From Tubiluchus corallicola (lineage: Eukaryota > Animalia > Priapulida), in NCBI GenBank assembly GCA_030141605.1, contig JAQGDQ010000005.1, positions 124,001 through 188,000 on the forward strand: 64,000 nucleotides of DNA, in the 5' to 3' direction. Of the stretch, positions 1 to 13,373 are shown one piece after another. The notes beneath the pieces were generated by a model. It saw only the letters and a program-made list of their open reading frames with translations, was not told the origin of the DNA and did no database searches. Both the position numbers and the translations under genes were made by a program. The first letter of the stretch is position 1. The number at the start of each line of letters is the position of its first letter.

Positions 1-431
1 GATTAAACTCAAGCAACTCCGAGGTTGGGGTGAAGATAGGAAATCAACACCTTTACTCTGGGTAATTACAATCCAGATTAGATTTGGCTTTTGAAAGAAG
101 ATGCGCTTACATCCTTGAAAGAAGTTACGCTGCTATTTCACCACAATCGTCAGAATCTCTGCAAGCTCTGAGTCTCATCTTAATAGCTTAATAGCATATC
201 CTTAATAATGAGCGAGTTTCCAGTCTTAGCATTTCCATATTGAGTAGAATCTGCTGTAAAATGCCTGATTTTGACTTGTAGTGCAGCGAAATGCACAAAA
301 TGTGTTTTTACCAAGCGCCATCTTCGAGCAGTGACCGGGAAAACAAATAAACAAAGAAATTTTTTATTGTTTTGTTTACTGAGACATATAGCATCTTGAT
401 AAAGGCAAAAATTGTATCATCGTCTCACGCC

Positions 432-573
<142 letters not shown>

Positions 574-1811
574 ACGTTTTTTACTCTCTTACTCTAGATC
601 TTGAATTTTTTTACCGTTACAAATAAAGCCTTACACAGACTACACCAGACACCTCACTGGTTTTTCCTGCAAAATGTTCTTGCTTTATGGCAGCGTTAAA
701 GCCTTTGGCAGGAAAATCTCGATAATAAATAAGCTCCTTGCGAGCAGAGCTTATGAGTTGAATGCCACATGCTTCGCACATGAGAGTAAGCTTGTAATAG
801 GATTACATTAACACTGATTTCAAACGCATTGAATTTTCGTTGAATCTGAAAACTTGAACAATTAGGTGTAATAAAGGTAAAAAAACTTCAAGAAGATTGG
901 GATTCTTGTCAGAGCAGCTTCTGGAAACTATATAAAAACTGCACACAAATTGATTGTATGAAATACATTTAGTCATGTTTCGCGCGGATCTATGCAAGCA
1001 AAATTTTCCCTTGTCCATTACATAACCACGCTGTAAATTCAGTGAACTCATTACGATCAATAATTTATTGTAATATGGTAACCTTTGGTATAATCTTTCA
1101 CAAAAAATACTTCACAGGTCTACAACCATTAGCGTATAACTTTCCTTTTAATTCTTTCGTATGAAATAAATGAACAAGATATGCAGAGTTTCTTATTGCT
1201 TAATTACGGCTTACACTTTAACTGTTTCTGTAATTCGCTCTTTGCGAATTAATCACACGCTGTTCAAGTATTGGAGAGCCTAGGATTATTGCTTAGTTAG
1301 CATTCAGACGGCTTTCTCGCGAATCTTATGAAATTAAAGCGCACTCGACCTCTCTTCCCCTTGTTCAACCTCAGCGTAATTATTCGAGTGATTGAATTTT
1401 GTTGTATTGTACTGAAAGAGGCGATATTTCGCAGGCTTTTCAACTACAGTGTTACTGTATATTGTGTTCCTAGTTGTTACACAGAAAAGTGAACTGGAAA
1501 TACAGAGTATAACGTGTTTAAGCGCGATCTGTGAATATGGTAGCTCCCTTACAAGTATGGTAAGCCAGACACAGCCAAACCAAGAAGGTTCTCAACTACG
1601 TATACGTATACTGAGCAGAACTGCCATGACTTTTTAATTGTGAAGTTCACTACCATGGTCAACTTTGCGGGTTCAGTTCTATCTGGTTTGTTCATGTTAA
1701 TTCCGCTCTAAATAAATTTATTTGTCTGTGCCTCAGTAATAACATCGGTGCATATTCTGTCATAAGGCCTTATTTATATTTCTAAAAGCTTTAGAATAAA
1801 ATCTCAGTCTG

Positions 1812-1908
<97 letters not shown>

Positions 1909-1944
1909 TAATAATAATAATAATATCAATAATAATAATAATAA
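1812..1944. repeat. (AAT)n microsatellite
   Basis: Direct reading; explains the poly-Ile ORF at 1760-1963. Confidence 0.98.
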
Positions 1945-3054
1945 CTGAGACTATTGAAGCCAACAGTTAATGGTGGACAGCATCATGATTCAGATCAGTT
2001 ACAAAACTACTTCCGGGGTTGATGGACGCCATCTCCGTTCTAAACTGAAGTGATCTCACTCGCGGTTACTTTTTTCAAAAATTACTCAACGTAGCATTTT
2101 ACTGGTAGGTAAAAAACACCTGACAAGCAGGAGAATGGATGCTGCAAGGCGGAAGTTTTCGCTCACAAGTTTCCTCGTTGAAATACTATATCAAGGCAGC
2201 CATTTTCGGAAATTACAGAAAAATTTCTATAAATATGGCTTCCTTTTGCTAATGAGCTTCTTCTTACTAGCAGATTGATAGGTCGTCTGGAAACCTAACT
2301 ATATATAGTATACCCTTTATTACTATTGTTTACATTTGGTGTAACACGCTAATAGCCTCGGGATAATTAATGTGTTTGGCACAAAATGAACGGCTGCCCA
2401 CATCGCACATCTTTGAAACAGAAAGACTTTTTATAGCTTCTCAGAGTCGCCATTACCTTATTACCAAACAAAAATAAACAGCTTAGAAAACAGTCAACTA
2501 AAATGTTATTCACCAAAACTTGCCTGCTGATCTTAAAAGTTATAAGTTCCATTGATGTGATCCACACAGTTTTGTTTCGATTTCTTTTCAGCCTCAATTA
2601 TTGCTAATCAACTGTGACGATCAGTTCTCGAGATTTTGTAGCCCGCAAATTGGGAATGAACGACCGTGACAGTTAAAAAGTGATTGCGGTTTTCTTAATA
2701 GGCTAATAAAGATAGTGGACAATAACACGGTCGCCATGTTTTTTATTGTTCTGATTCTAGAATTTGCATTATTCTTGTATAGCCTCATGCTGTAGAGGCA
2801 TAGACCTTCAAGAAAATCACAAGGATAATTTGTCCCCCGAAGTAGTTCCAATATGTTGTCTGGCTGACGGCTAGTACATGATTAATTGTTTGATGACGTC
2901 TTGATTTATTTGTTGATAACATAGTTGTTTGAATTTACACTAAACTATGGGGATTGCATATTGTATTCCCTCGCTGTAGTAGCAAAATTAATATAATTTT
3001 TTAAGTGTGAACTGTTAAAAAACTAAGTTTATTAAAAACCGTTACGAACATTTA

Positions 3055-3885
3055 TCAGCTGGGATAGGTGTAATTAAATAAGAGAAAATCTGGTAGATAT
3101 TTCTTAAACAATTGTTGAATAACGTGTGGATGGATTTTTGAGAATGCTTTTTTCCACGAAAACGAAACACTTTTTTGAGCAGGATATTTTATCAAGTCTT
3201 CCATACCCAGTTTTCTTAACACATGCTTTACGTCTGCCGAAAAAGTTTCATGCTTGCCGATGACGTCATATTGCACGTGACACGGATTGCATAAATCAAT
3301 GTACCTCGCCCAATGATCGTCTGCTTTCCTTATTCGAGGCAGATACCTTGCAAATTCTCCTATTGTGACGGGTGGACGATCCTCGGCTGTACCTGGGTGT
3401 GAATTTCTCACCATTAGTTTGATTTTGGCTCCAGTTAGGTTTTTGAACAGTTCGTTCCCAGGGTTCAGTTTGTCTCGATATGCGGAGAAAATTCGTTCAA
3501 ACGGATGACGAACAAACATAAACTTGAAGTAATATTTAAGCCTGTATCCTTGCTCTTCCTTGCTATAATTACCTAGCAGTTTCATCACTTTGTACACGTC
3601 GAGGTGTTCGTTTTCTATCTCATTAATTTCGTTCATTTTTAAAAAGGCGTACTTCCAGTTTGTGCTGCCTACTTTAGGCACGGAACAGTAAATAAATTTA
3701 TGTCTGTCGTCTACGAAAAGCCGTTCCAAGTACTTGGTTTTGTCAGATTTTGAAAAGGTGTAATTAGCACAGATCTTGCTGACTAGTTCTTTTCTAGCCA
3801 TATAGATGTCGTTGCCATTTTTAAATTGCTTTAATACAACAGGTCGTTGAAACATTCTAAGTGTTTGCGTCTCAACAGTAACTAC
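3055..3885 (-). CDS. Carbohydrate sulfotransferase (CHST11/CHST8-14/HNK-1ST family), main catalytic exon
   Basis: 5'-PSB motif CSVPKVGSTNWK, 3'-PB motif FVRHPFERIFSAYRDK, then DHW, CNPC, YDVIGKHETF and terminal DFLLFNY. Acceptor ttttttacatttgcag precedes 3885 in phase 0, so the ORF part 3886-4014 is probably intron. Confidence 0.9.
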   Translation of the reverse strand, partial: VVTVETQTLRMFQRPVVLKQFKNGNDIYMARKELVSKICANYTFSKSDKTKYLERLFVDDRHKFIYCSVPKVGSTNWKYAFLKMNEINEIENEHLDVYKVMKLLGNYSKEEQGYRLKYYFKFMFVRHPFERIFSAYRDKLNPGNELFKNLTGAKIKLMVRNSHPGTAEDRPPVTIGEFARYLPRIRKADDHWARYIDLCNPCHVQYDVIGKHETFSADVKHVLRKLGMEDLIKYPAQKSVSFSWKKAFSKIHPHVIQQLFKKYLPDFLLFNYTYPS

Positions 3886-4880
3886 CTGCAAATGTAAAAA
3901 AAAATATTTAAATATGAAGTTTTTTAGCGGAAAACAGTCATGCATGTACAAAGTATTTAATGCTTCTTCTCTGATTGTATTACTTACTTCTGAAAAATCT
4001 TTTCGCATGTGCATTCAATTTGTTCCACTGTGACATACGTTTAGAAGTCTTATGGGCAAAGCTACACAAATTTCTTACCACATGAGGATGTTAATCAAGC
4101 ACAGTTGTACTAGCACTCTTATGGTTGCCAAGGACTTTAGGTTCTTTAGAGCTACGAAAATCTTTGCCTAGAAACTTTTGTATAAGGAAAAACCATATTA
4201 GAGCGGAAAACATTAATTTCGTACATGATTAAGTAAATTAAACTTCAATTCCAGTGCATAATAGAGCTGGTTTTCATACCTGGACGCAAAACTGGATTGA
4301 ATAGCATTTGTGTTACTATAAAGATCCCGTCGCGGCTTTTAAAACACTAATCCTAATATTATGAAGAGAATGGTTTATTGATTTTGGTCAATTTCTCCAT
4401 GATTTCATCATTCCAAAACAAAAACGAATACATGTATATACAAATTATTCCCCGTGAAACACGAGAACATTTGGTGGAAGATGTGACACGACATTGTTCG
4501 CATTATTGTAAGAAAGACTGGCAACACTTTAACAAAGGTACGCAGTACACTATTTCCTACATTACTAAAAATATAAGATACGTGCAGCCGGTAAGCTGTA
4601 ATAATTCTATCACTTTTCATGTTAATTTGGTGATATTTAGGTAGAACCGTAGAAATCTGGCCGAGATTAGTTGCCATCTACTGCTAGCTATCACTGTTTT
4701 GCCATCTCATGTAAATGATTGTTGTACACCTTGAACGGTGAAGCTTTTGACCGCGAATGTATTAGAGAGCATGGTTTTTTTTATTAGCTTTTGCTCACAT
4801 TAAGTAGCTCCATAGTTGCACGAGGTACATCTACAGCAGAGTGTTGTAATAATATTAATTATGTTGCCTCGAAAACACAC

Positions 4881-4979
4881 CTTTATATCTGCTAATTGCC
4901 GCAGTATAAGAGCTAAAACCACGCTGCAGCACGTTCGATAAAACAGTGTAAATATCGCGCAATGTTTGCTTGCTGCCAT
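4881..4979 (-). CDS. Candidate first coding exon of the sulfotransferase (N-terminal membrane anchor)
   Basis: ATG-initiated MAASKHCAIFTLFYRTCCSVVLALILRQLADIK ends at an AAG|GTGTGT donor in phase 0, matching the phase-0 acceptor at 3885. The hydrophobic stretch fits a type II Golgi enzyme. No homology support. Confidence 0.35.
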
Positions 4980-6639
4980 GCAGGTCAGAGTATGCATGCA
5001 CTTTGTTTAACAGTTTTTCACGAAGCCACAAATTAATACACGTACAATATCGGTCAATTTGTCAAAGATGTTTATGTCTGCCATGTTGAAATATGTATCA
5101 ATTTTCAGTAAAAGCTTCCTGTAAAAAGAATTATCATGAGAATGAGAAATCGGGCATAAATTGAGAATTATTTGTTATGAGGAATTTTCAGTTTGTTCAT
5201 CAATTAGTGCTTATACCAAATGAAAAAGTAAAAACTGAAATTGTAGATATTGTCTCCACAGTGAAACATTGTTACATAAAAACCTTTAATCACACCATTG
5301 TTCATTAAGAGGTGCTGACAAGCCATCGGCATATCAGTGTCCAGTTTTTTGCTGAATTAACTGCTGTGTTTACCTGTCTTGGGAGCAGATTTATTTCAGA
5401 ATTCTGCTTGCCCAGAGTCTTGCCCCGGGCGTATAATGATGATAAAGATGATGACGATGACGCTAGTTTGATTAGCGGTAATTTATCTGAAATTTCTTCA
5501 CAACATCTACTGTATGAAACAATATAGTCTGGTTTTTAGGAGTAGGCAAAATATTATCATTACGTTATATAAAATATAATGAAATTTGTTTAGTTTTTAG
5601 TACAATGGAGCAAAAAATGAATTCAATCAGTTAATGCAAAAGTGCTATAATTAAACATAATTATACAGTGATATCAAAAATATTGAAAATTTACTAACAT
5701 TTACTGTTTATAGTGCTGCAACGAATAGGCAAATCACCACATCGCAAGCAGTAGTGATCTTTAACTTTTCCATACCTCTGGCACAAATACTTTTGAAAAA
5801 AGGTTGTATGATCATATATTCTACTATTTCTGGGAAGATATGTGTTTCCCAGAGAAGGATAAATACAGAAAACAATAGCGAGAAATCCATTAGTTTATTA
5901 ACTGACGTCCGCAGTTAAAAATGATCATGTTTAAATGTATTACGGCAATGCTATGAATCATTCAGCAAATTTGAGCATCATTGGCTGTAGCTGTGGCAAC
6001 GTCATAAAAGCGTTTCACCATTTGATAGTACATCGAATTTATTTTGCGTTGCATTACAGTTTTTGTTTTAATTATTTTTAGTTAATTTGCAAGACGACCC
6101 GTGGATATTTCTCACTTGCTGCGGCTAAGTGATGTTCCTGTTTTCCTATCATTTTACACAAGTAAAAGTTGTTATTTCTAAAATCAATACTTGTGTATTG
6201 ATGAGAAAATGGGTACCCAATCTTCTTTCAGCGAAGAAGAACGCATTATGGCTGACAACAAGTATTCACGGAAAGGTGACAACCCTGTCAAAAACAGTTC
6301 AGAATTAGCATTAACTAATTGCTTCGTTATAAAACCGGAGTGTATAGTTATCTAAAAAAATTGTAAAGGCGACACTTTAAAACTTTAAAAGGAACTATAA
6401 GTTGGTCACAATGCAACAGCGAACTATAGTCGTCCTCAGTCAAACCTTAGCTTTCGGTAAGCACATGCAAATAAGGAAACTACTTTTTTAAACAATGGTC
6501 TTGTCTTTTAATACCATTTATTTTAACCTTATCATAATTTTATATTCCATGGTACTTATGTTTTGCGTGAATTTGTCTTAAGTAATTTTAACTTTTTGTT
6601 ATACGAATTATAAATAAGTAACTAATTAGCCTTAGATGC

Positions 6640-6880
6640 ACCTGACCCACAGGAACAAGAGTAAACCCCTACCGGGCGCATCCCCCGGGTGGCGGACCCC
6701 TGGCTCACGAGCCAGGGTGCTCCGAATATTCAAATAAGGAGCTGTGGACCAAATCCTTCAGGATAGACCTAGCAAGTCACTGAAGTACTTTTTGCTCAAG
6801 TAACTCATGGCGAACACAACTGTATCAAGTGTTCGCCGGCTGACAGATGAAAATCTACCAGGAGGATGGTGAGAAAGAAA
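6640..6880 (+). mobile_element. GC-rich structured island resembling an RTE-type non-LTR retrotransposon 5' UTR remnant
   Basis: GC-rich patch with hairpins ccctggct-CACG-agccaggg (6698-6717) and ggcgaacac...gtgttcgcc (6809-6837). The motifs gggtggcggac and gctccgaatattcaaataaggagctgtggac resemble RTE 5' UTRs as I recall them (not searched). Confidence 0.35.
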
Positions 6881-8340
6881 GTCACAGTAGACATTAAAAT
6901 TTAACAATGAAGGCAGATCGCTTTCAGGGCAAAAGCTTGAGTGACTTTTGAATTATAGTGGGTAAATAATGCTGCCAAAAAGTTTCTAATTGATAAAGAT
7001 TATTATGAGAAAAGCATGACTTTCTCACAAGAATACCATGAATCAACCTAGCCATAGTCACTTGATTCTAAAAGTCGATGAAGGTGATCTATCGTCACGA
7101 CCTACTGACCTACTTCCAGATCAGACCTTAAATATGCCTTAGATAAATGTTGACTATGGAAATATGGATAGTAACGCTCTAATGTCATGTTCATCCCCAC
7201 CATATTCATCATTGCACATGCATCATTATCTCATCACGACTCTTTAGAACAGTATACGCTTGAAAAAGCTGTATGGGCCTAACCTCTAGAAGCAAATTAA
7301 GGGTGCCCCCAACAAGCAGGTAACAGCTGGTGAGGTGAAGTGCAAAAATAATCAACGTCAACTGGGCTTTATGACACCACTGATGGTCATTTCATAGCTG
7401 TCCTCTCTCACGTCGCTTCATTTGTGAGTAATTAGACGCCGCGTGCCGTTTGCTGCTGGCTTCATCGATTAGGGCTGATCCAGAAATGAGGAGTCGCCTG
7501 GAAGTGCTGGGTTTGGTCAGAGAGCGGGTTATTGAGATGCACGTGTGATCAAAGGAATGAACTTTTATAAGCATTCGTGTGCATGTGGTGGATTATGTTT
7601 AGAAAAATAATTTTGTTTAACGTTCATCAGAATGGTTTTTTGCAAGGAAATTTGTTTCAACTTATTAACAGTATGATTACACGCTACGCTGACCACTATA
7701 CTCATACGATATCATACGATTTGTTACTAATCCGGAATTAAAACAAACGTATTTTGTTTTCATAAAGGATCGAGGAGCGTCTTTTTTTGAGAACTAGCAC
7801 GGTATTAATTGGGGCAATATACTTGATTAATTAAGTTTCAAATGATGCAGTCAGTAGAGCGGAAACGACATTAGCTTTAATTAATGTGCCGCTGTGCTGA
7901 GCAAAACTCAGTGCATTTCTGGCTCAAGCGTATTTAAATAAAGTTTGAGGTTAATTTTAGTCTTTATAGTTTTGAGCTCGAACATTTAATTAAGTTGTTT
8001 GTTGTAACTTAATGGCAATGTGATATCATGCAAGTCTGATATAATAAGACTCCAGTAACCAGATAAAAATCGTTACCTACAGTCGCATTCGATAAGTAAA
8101 TACTGCAGTGTGGCGCTCACACTCTGGGCTGTGAGAAGTTGGCTATGGCACTTCCTGATCAGTCAAAAGTTAAAATTAAGCATCAGTTGTTGGACTGTGA
8201 AATAAGGCGAGATAAGTGTGGAAGCCTTTACTAAAGACGCTCTCTTAGTTTATTAATAATATAGTTTCTGTTAATTTAATAATTATTTTACTAAATAACG
8301 ACATATGTGCCAACATTTTTCAGCAGTACTGATAATACTA

Positions 8341-8844
8341 CAGGGTGGTACATAACATTTTGTTAGAGTAGTACAGAGCACAACAGAGAATCCATTATGC
8401 TCTCAGTGTTTAGTGTGAAAGCTTCGCCCATAACGTACAGCTTGCAATCTTGATGGGATCAGATTCAGAGCAAATCGAACTGAAAGGCCCAAGATTTCAC
8501 TGGACTTCAACCTCGTCGAACACATTGGGGCTATCCTGAATGAAAGGACAGAGACTAATACGATCTAAGAACATGCCATGTTGATTGGTATTCAAAAGAT
8601 AAGTTTCTGAGACACATCTATAACGTGTTGGAGGATCTTGAGACAATCATCATAGTGACCTCTTCAAGTTGCTCCTTCGGCTATATTTCTCAAGTCTGCA
8701 GGCTGTTCGAGACGCGTGAAACTTCCACATTGAATAAGCCTGATAAATTCTACGTAATAATTAATTAATCAATGCTTTGATGTGATAAATTATTCTATAA
8801 CTTTACTCATTTTTAGATCCCTAGTAAAAAGACGCACCACCTTG
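8341..8844 (+). mobile_element. Internally deleted Tc1/mariner DNA transposon
   Basis: TA|CAGGGTGGTAC ... GCACCACCTTG|TA: imperfect TIRs with a TA target duplication. Internal remnants RPKISLDFNLVEHIGAIL (about 8485-8540, cf. Tc1 WPxxSPDLNPIE) and LQAVRDA (C-terminal helix). Confidence 0.75.
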
Positions 8845-10523
8845 TATATTATGTGAATAACTTGGTAACATTTCCTGATAAAAAGAATGCATTGAAATTT
8901 GTGTAACTCCTTCAAATCTGGTCCGAAAGAAACATTAAAAGTGTTAAATGCGCATTAAAGTGAAATCCGTTTGAAAATAGATACTTACACCAGACAGTGT
9001 TATAAGAACAACGGTAGATGTTACCGCTAAACAGCAAGTAAAGATTCTCAGTTTTACTGTGCCGTATGTGGACTTTATACTTGTTGATTCCATTAACTAT
9101 CTATTTACATTATAAGCGCTATAATACAGGTCTTTGTAGTCCTCGAGTACTAGTTATAGCTGCCATATTAATATGGAAACAATTCGTCATTGCATAATTC
9201 CTGTGTTACTACGCTCAGTAACGAGCTATGTCTTTTCGTCTCTCTAATGTCAAACTTTGCACAGAAAATGAGCACAACAGTTAGTGTGTTCCTTTTCAAA
9301 TCATTTTCTTTCATTTCGCATTAAAAAATTCGTCCTGCGTGTTTGGGAAGAAGTTCAGCTTCCGCGTAGTTTTTGCCTCCGTTGTTAAACACTTCCAGTT
9401 TTCCACAATAGCATCGTTTTATCCACTTCATCACAAACAACTCTGAATGGCATGACATATCAAATAAACACTTAGCGAACTGTTTGGTTGTTTCATACAC
9501 GCAATTTCAAGCTCTGCTCGTAATGTTCGCCTTGAAACTAATAAAGAATAAGTGAAAAGTGCCGGCAAAGAAAAGCTATAAGGTGAATGGCCTGCGTCTG
9601 ACGAATTATTAGAGCGAAAATAGGTTTGAAATTTAGCGGTGTAGCTGACGTAGTTTTACTAACCAATGCTTATGGTCATACGGTAAAACCGGTTTTGAGG
9701 TAACCACCCATGTGTTCCAGATATTCTATCGGTCAATGTTCTAACTTTTGTAGGAAGAAATGTTATGGTATTTACAGCGTAGACATTCCCTTTTTAGTAT
9801 GCATTGTTGTTTCGGCCGTCGCTGCTAACTTGCTAAATAAAATTTACTGAGAGAAAGAAATCGAAATTTACAATTTTTTTCAAAATGTGTAAAATATCGC
9901 TTAAAATCGAATACAGTGTACTTACAAGTGTTAAGAAATTCACCATGCAAAGAGGAGAACTTCCGCGACAGGCCAATAAGGCCATGGAGCTGGTCAAAAG
10001 GTTCTGAAGTGGCAGAAATTCCTTCTTTGTGAGCTATATAATTAGGCTGTATAAATCGCCCGCAGCTCGTTAACACCAGTGGCAGCTACAGTTGGTATAA
10101 GGGACTAAACATGGAAACGTGAAAATATGAATACAAGCCCAGAAAAATACAATTCTTGTAACTATTATTTGTTAGTGAATGCTTTCTTTAACAAGAAAGT
10201 TCTGGTAAAACATGCTACAGGCAAGAGATCCAATGAAAAAATTGAATTTATAAGTAAACGTGCATACTGCATCTAGAAATGTCGATACAGAGTAAAATTT
10301 TACACAACACACACAAAAGACAGCAGTTAACACAGTTTGAATGCACATTTCGTACATTTTTCGTTATTATTAGTTTTTTAAACCGTTCGAAATTTTCTTT
10401 GAAATTTCTCCAGCTCAAGGAGGTAATACATAAGACTTAAGTCAAAATGACCAGTTGTACGTCTTATTTACTGTGTTTATCTGTTTCATTTCCGGTCTCA
10501 TCCTGTAATTTCCGCTTTTGCAG

Positions 10524-10624
10524 AATGCCCATCTGACGGTTCGGAAAAAGCTGTCTCAGTGCAGTTGGATGGAGAAGAATCAGACATTATCTTCCATGAG
10601 ATGGGCAGGGAAATGTTCGAGGCA
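10524..10624 (+). CDS. RGK-family (Rad/Gem/Rem) small GTPase, internal exon
   Basis: ttttgcag acceptor and gtaagt donor. Translates (E)CPSDGSEKAVSVQLDGEESDIIFHEMGREMFEA, matching the RGK VSVxLDGEES segment; phase 0 into the next exon. Confidence 0.8.
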
Positions 10625-11270
10625 GTAAGTAAGCTTTTGTGAGGGAACATGTTTGCCATTAAATCAGAAAATGCACAAGTTCTATACAGCAATTAGACGC
10701 GTTTGTTCAATAAATAAAGAGAAGCGCAAGCCATAGTCAACTTGTATAGTAATTTCTAAAGCCGGCGTACTGCTGTAAATCAAACGTATTTGCTTTTCTA
10801 CAAGCTATTGAAAACAGAAATGTGACTGAAGTGCGCAAAAAGCTCTCTCTGGCTATATCTATTGGCAAAATAAAGCACAGTAGTTCCCAAAGCAAACAGT
10901 AACGGAAAAATCACGAGTAACGCAGTTTTATTACGGAAAAATACGCATTGAATATGGTCTAGAATCTCCAGATTGTATGCCATAAGCTGCAGGAATAATC
11001 GCTTGTTCTCTGAGTTGACAATATTAAAATTTAAAACACTTCTTCCAGAAAAATGTTAAGCACCACATTGTTCATTCTGTTGCCCCCTGAAAATGTGCAT
11101 TTAACGTATAATACAAATATTAATGGGATTTCCTGGCATTCGTTTTGAAATTCAAGTTAAAATATATAGTTCTTGAGTTCCACTGTGTTTATAACAGCAT
11201 TCCACTAGAACCGAAAATCTTGCCTCTTTTTGTACGTTTTCAACTCTGTGTTTGTCTGATGTTTTAAAAG

Positions 11271-11460
11271 GATTTTACTGAAATGAAGGCTGAAGCTGAT
11301 TGCTACGTCATCGTTTACTCCATAACTGACAGAAGAACATTCGAAGAAGCTGTAGACATCTTATATCAATTGCACGAACGTGAAGAGATAAAGAGCAAGG
11401 CAACCATTCTAGTGGGGAATAAAAGTGACGTTGCCAGGGGGAGATCAGTCAGTCATGAAG
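11271..11460 (+). CDS. RGK-family small GTPase, internal exon with G4 motif
   Basis: aag acceptor and G|gtaggc donor. DFTEMKAEADCYVIVYSITDRRTFEEA...ILVGNKSDVARGRSVSHE contains VYSITD and NKSD (G4). Confidence 0.88.
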
Positions 11461-12764
11461 GTAGGCAGCTTCCATCTTTTACTGGGTGTTCGAACACAAG
11501 ATTTTGGCGTCCATCTCACATTTTTGCAGGAAAATAAAAAGGACGATAATCAAATTTATATTTGCAACGCTTACTTTTTTCGTGTCTTACTGACGTAGAC
11601 AACGTGAGCACAAGTCCAGTCGTCACTGGCTGGTGAAGAACGGACGCTGGACTCCAGATACTTAAAAAATGGGAATACCTTCTACTTTCCAGCGGCTGGC
11701 TTGCGTTGTGTGAAGCAAAAATTTTCATCACTTATTGACAATATACACGTTATTTCTAGTTTCCAGATGCTGGACGTTTTGGTATATCATAGGCATTAAT
11801 ATATGCGATGACATATCACGACATGGCCAATGACATATGAAAAATGACACACAGGAATGCATTTAAAACGTGTTTGGGAAGTAGCTGAAAAAATGCATCC
11901 CTACTTGTGTTTTGTAACAAACAGCCACTAAGAATATAAAAAAATCAATGCAAAAGTTGATTTAACAAACGTGAACCGCAAGAAATAAAACTACTTGTGG
12001 TATGTTGCTAGAAAAAATTGAATAAAGCAATCATTTAGCTCGATGCATTCTGTCTACGTCAGTCTAATCACTTTAAGCCGTTTAGGTTGCATTTATTGGC
12101 GTGTAAAATGTCTTGTAAATTTTAAAAATATTCTTGTCCCGGATGTGTTCATACAGCCAGGCTGCTTCAGAAGTTGACTGGCGAAGTGAGTGATTACCCT
12201 CTGCTAGTTATGATAAGATTAACTGAAATCTTCGAAAACAATTAAGCTATTAAGAGATGGACAGGGTGTACTGCATGTTACACTATACCTCGTAAATGTC
12301 TGCTGTTCAAACTCCTCGGAGACTTAAATGTTGAGATAGTATGGCATTTGCTTTCCACGGACGAATCAACTCGACCGTTTGATGTTTTAGTGCAGCGTAT
12401 TGCATTTTTAATCTTTTGTGAAAGCGAAATTTTAATCTTCAGTGCTGCAGCTGATAGAACGCTTACACAATAATGACAACATTAAAAGCTTAAAGTTCGA
12501 TAATGAAAAACTTTATCTTACTCGGTTTTATGTAGGTAGGTAACCAACAAAGTATTAAGATTATAACAATTAACCTTAAGTATTGCAATGTACAAGGAAC
12601 ATAGATAAATTTAGATAAACTTACATACATGATACACTGAGAAAACTGAATTTAAAACCTAGGAGATTAAAGGAAAGCAGTAAAACTATTTACATTTTTA
12701 TATTCTGTCATTCTGAGTGTCTGTAAGATCATAACAAAGTTTCATGTTATCTTTTCTTAGATGT

Positions 12765-12920
12765 TTGTCAGTCTCTCTGTCTGTCCTCTGTCTTATTCTC
12801 TCTTTCTTTCTCCCCTCTCCCGCTCTCTTTTCCTGTCCCTTTCCTCTTCTCTATTTCTTTCACTCTTTTCTCTTCTCAATCCCCCATTGTTTCTCATCCT
12901 TCCTTTCCCCTCTTCCATTG
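12765..12920. repeat. Low-complexity polypyrimidine (CT-rich) tract in RGK intron
   Basis: Direct reading; explains ORF 12744-13001. Confidence 0.85.
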
Positions 12921-13119
12921 GTTTTTACGAGATCTGAGTTAGTCGTTTTGTTCGATCCTCCGATAGTGGCATCGAACATTCCAGCAAGGCCCATAAAATA
13001 AAAATCTGATAAATAAAACTTTGATAAACTCAGGAACCGATTGACAGACGGATATAGCATTATCTAGATATAGAACCGATTTTACTATTTCTCTTACTCC
13101 TTATCATTTTTCTTCGCAG

Positions 13120-13373
13120 AAGCTGTATCCATTGCCAAAACATACGGGTGCAAGCTCTCTGAAGTTTCCGCAGGAATCAATCACAGAGTGGACGAACTTC
13201 TCGTGGGAATAGTGAAGCAGACACGAATCAAGGAAAAGATACGAATAAAAGAGAAAGGTGCCAGAAAAACGAGCACTACAACGTGTCCCAGCGGAGCTAA
13301 AATTTTGTTAGATAAGATATTCCACTCTAAACACGCCTTTACGTCACGATCGTGTGAAAACTTGTATAACTAA
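13120..13373 (+). CDS. RGK-family small GTPase, last exon
   Basis: Polypyrimidine-cgcag acceptor in phase 1. (E)AVSIAKTYGCKLSEVSAGINHRVDELLVGIVKQ...TSRSCENLYN* has G5 EVSA and the RGK-type SxSCENL C-terminus with no CaaX. Confidence 0.88.

Noticed and set aside
2005-2210. ETS/YY1-like motifs (ACTTCCGG, GCCATCT, GGCGGAAGT, GCCATTTT) as a promoter
   Set aside because: No linked exon found; the same motifs are common in repeat fragments.
5535-5600. ttttag-GVGK as the missing RGK P-loop exon
   Set aside because: Continues ILSLRYIK rather than S/T-x-L, and there is no suitable donor or upstream Gly context.
5708-5890. Hydrophobic minus-strand ORF as the sulfotransferase first exon
   Set aside because: No clear in-phase donor identified; the 4881-4979 candidate fits better.
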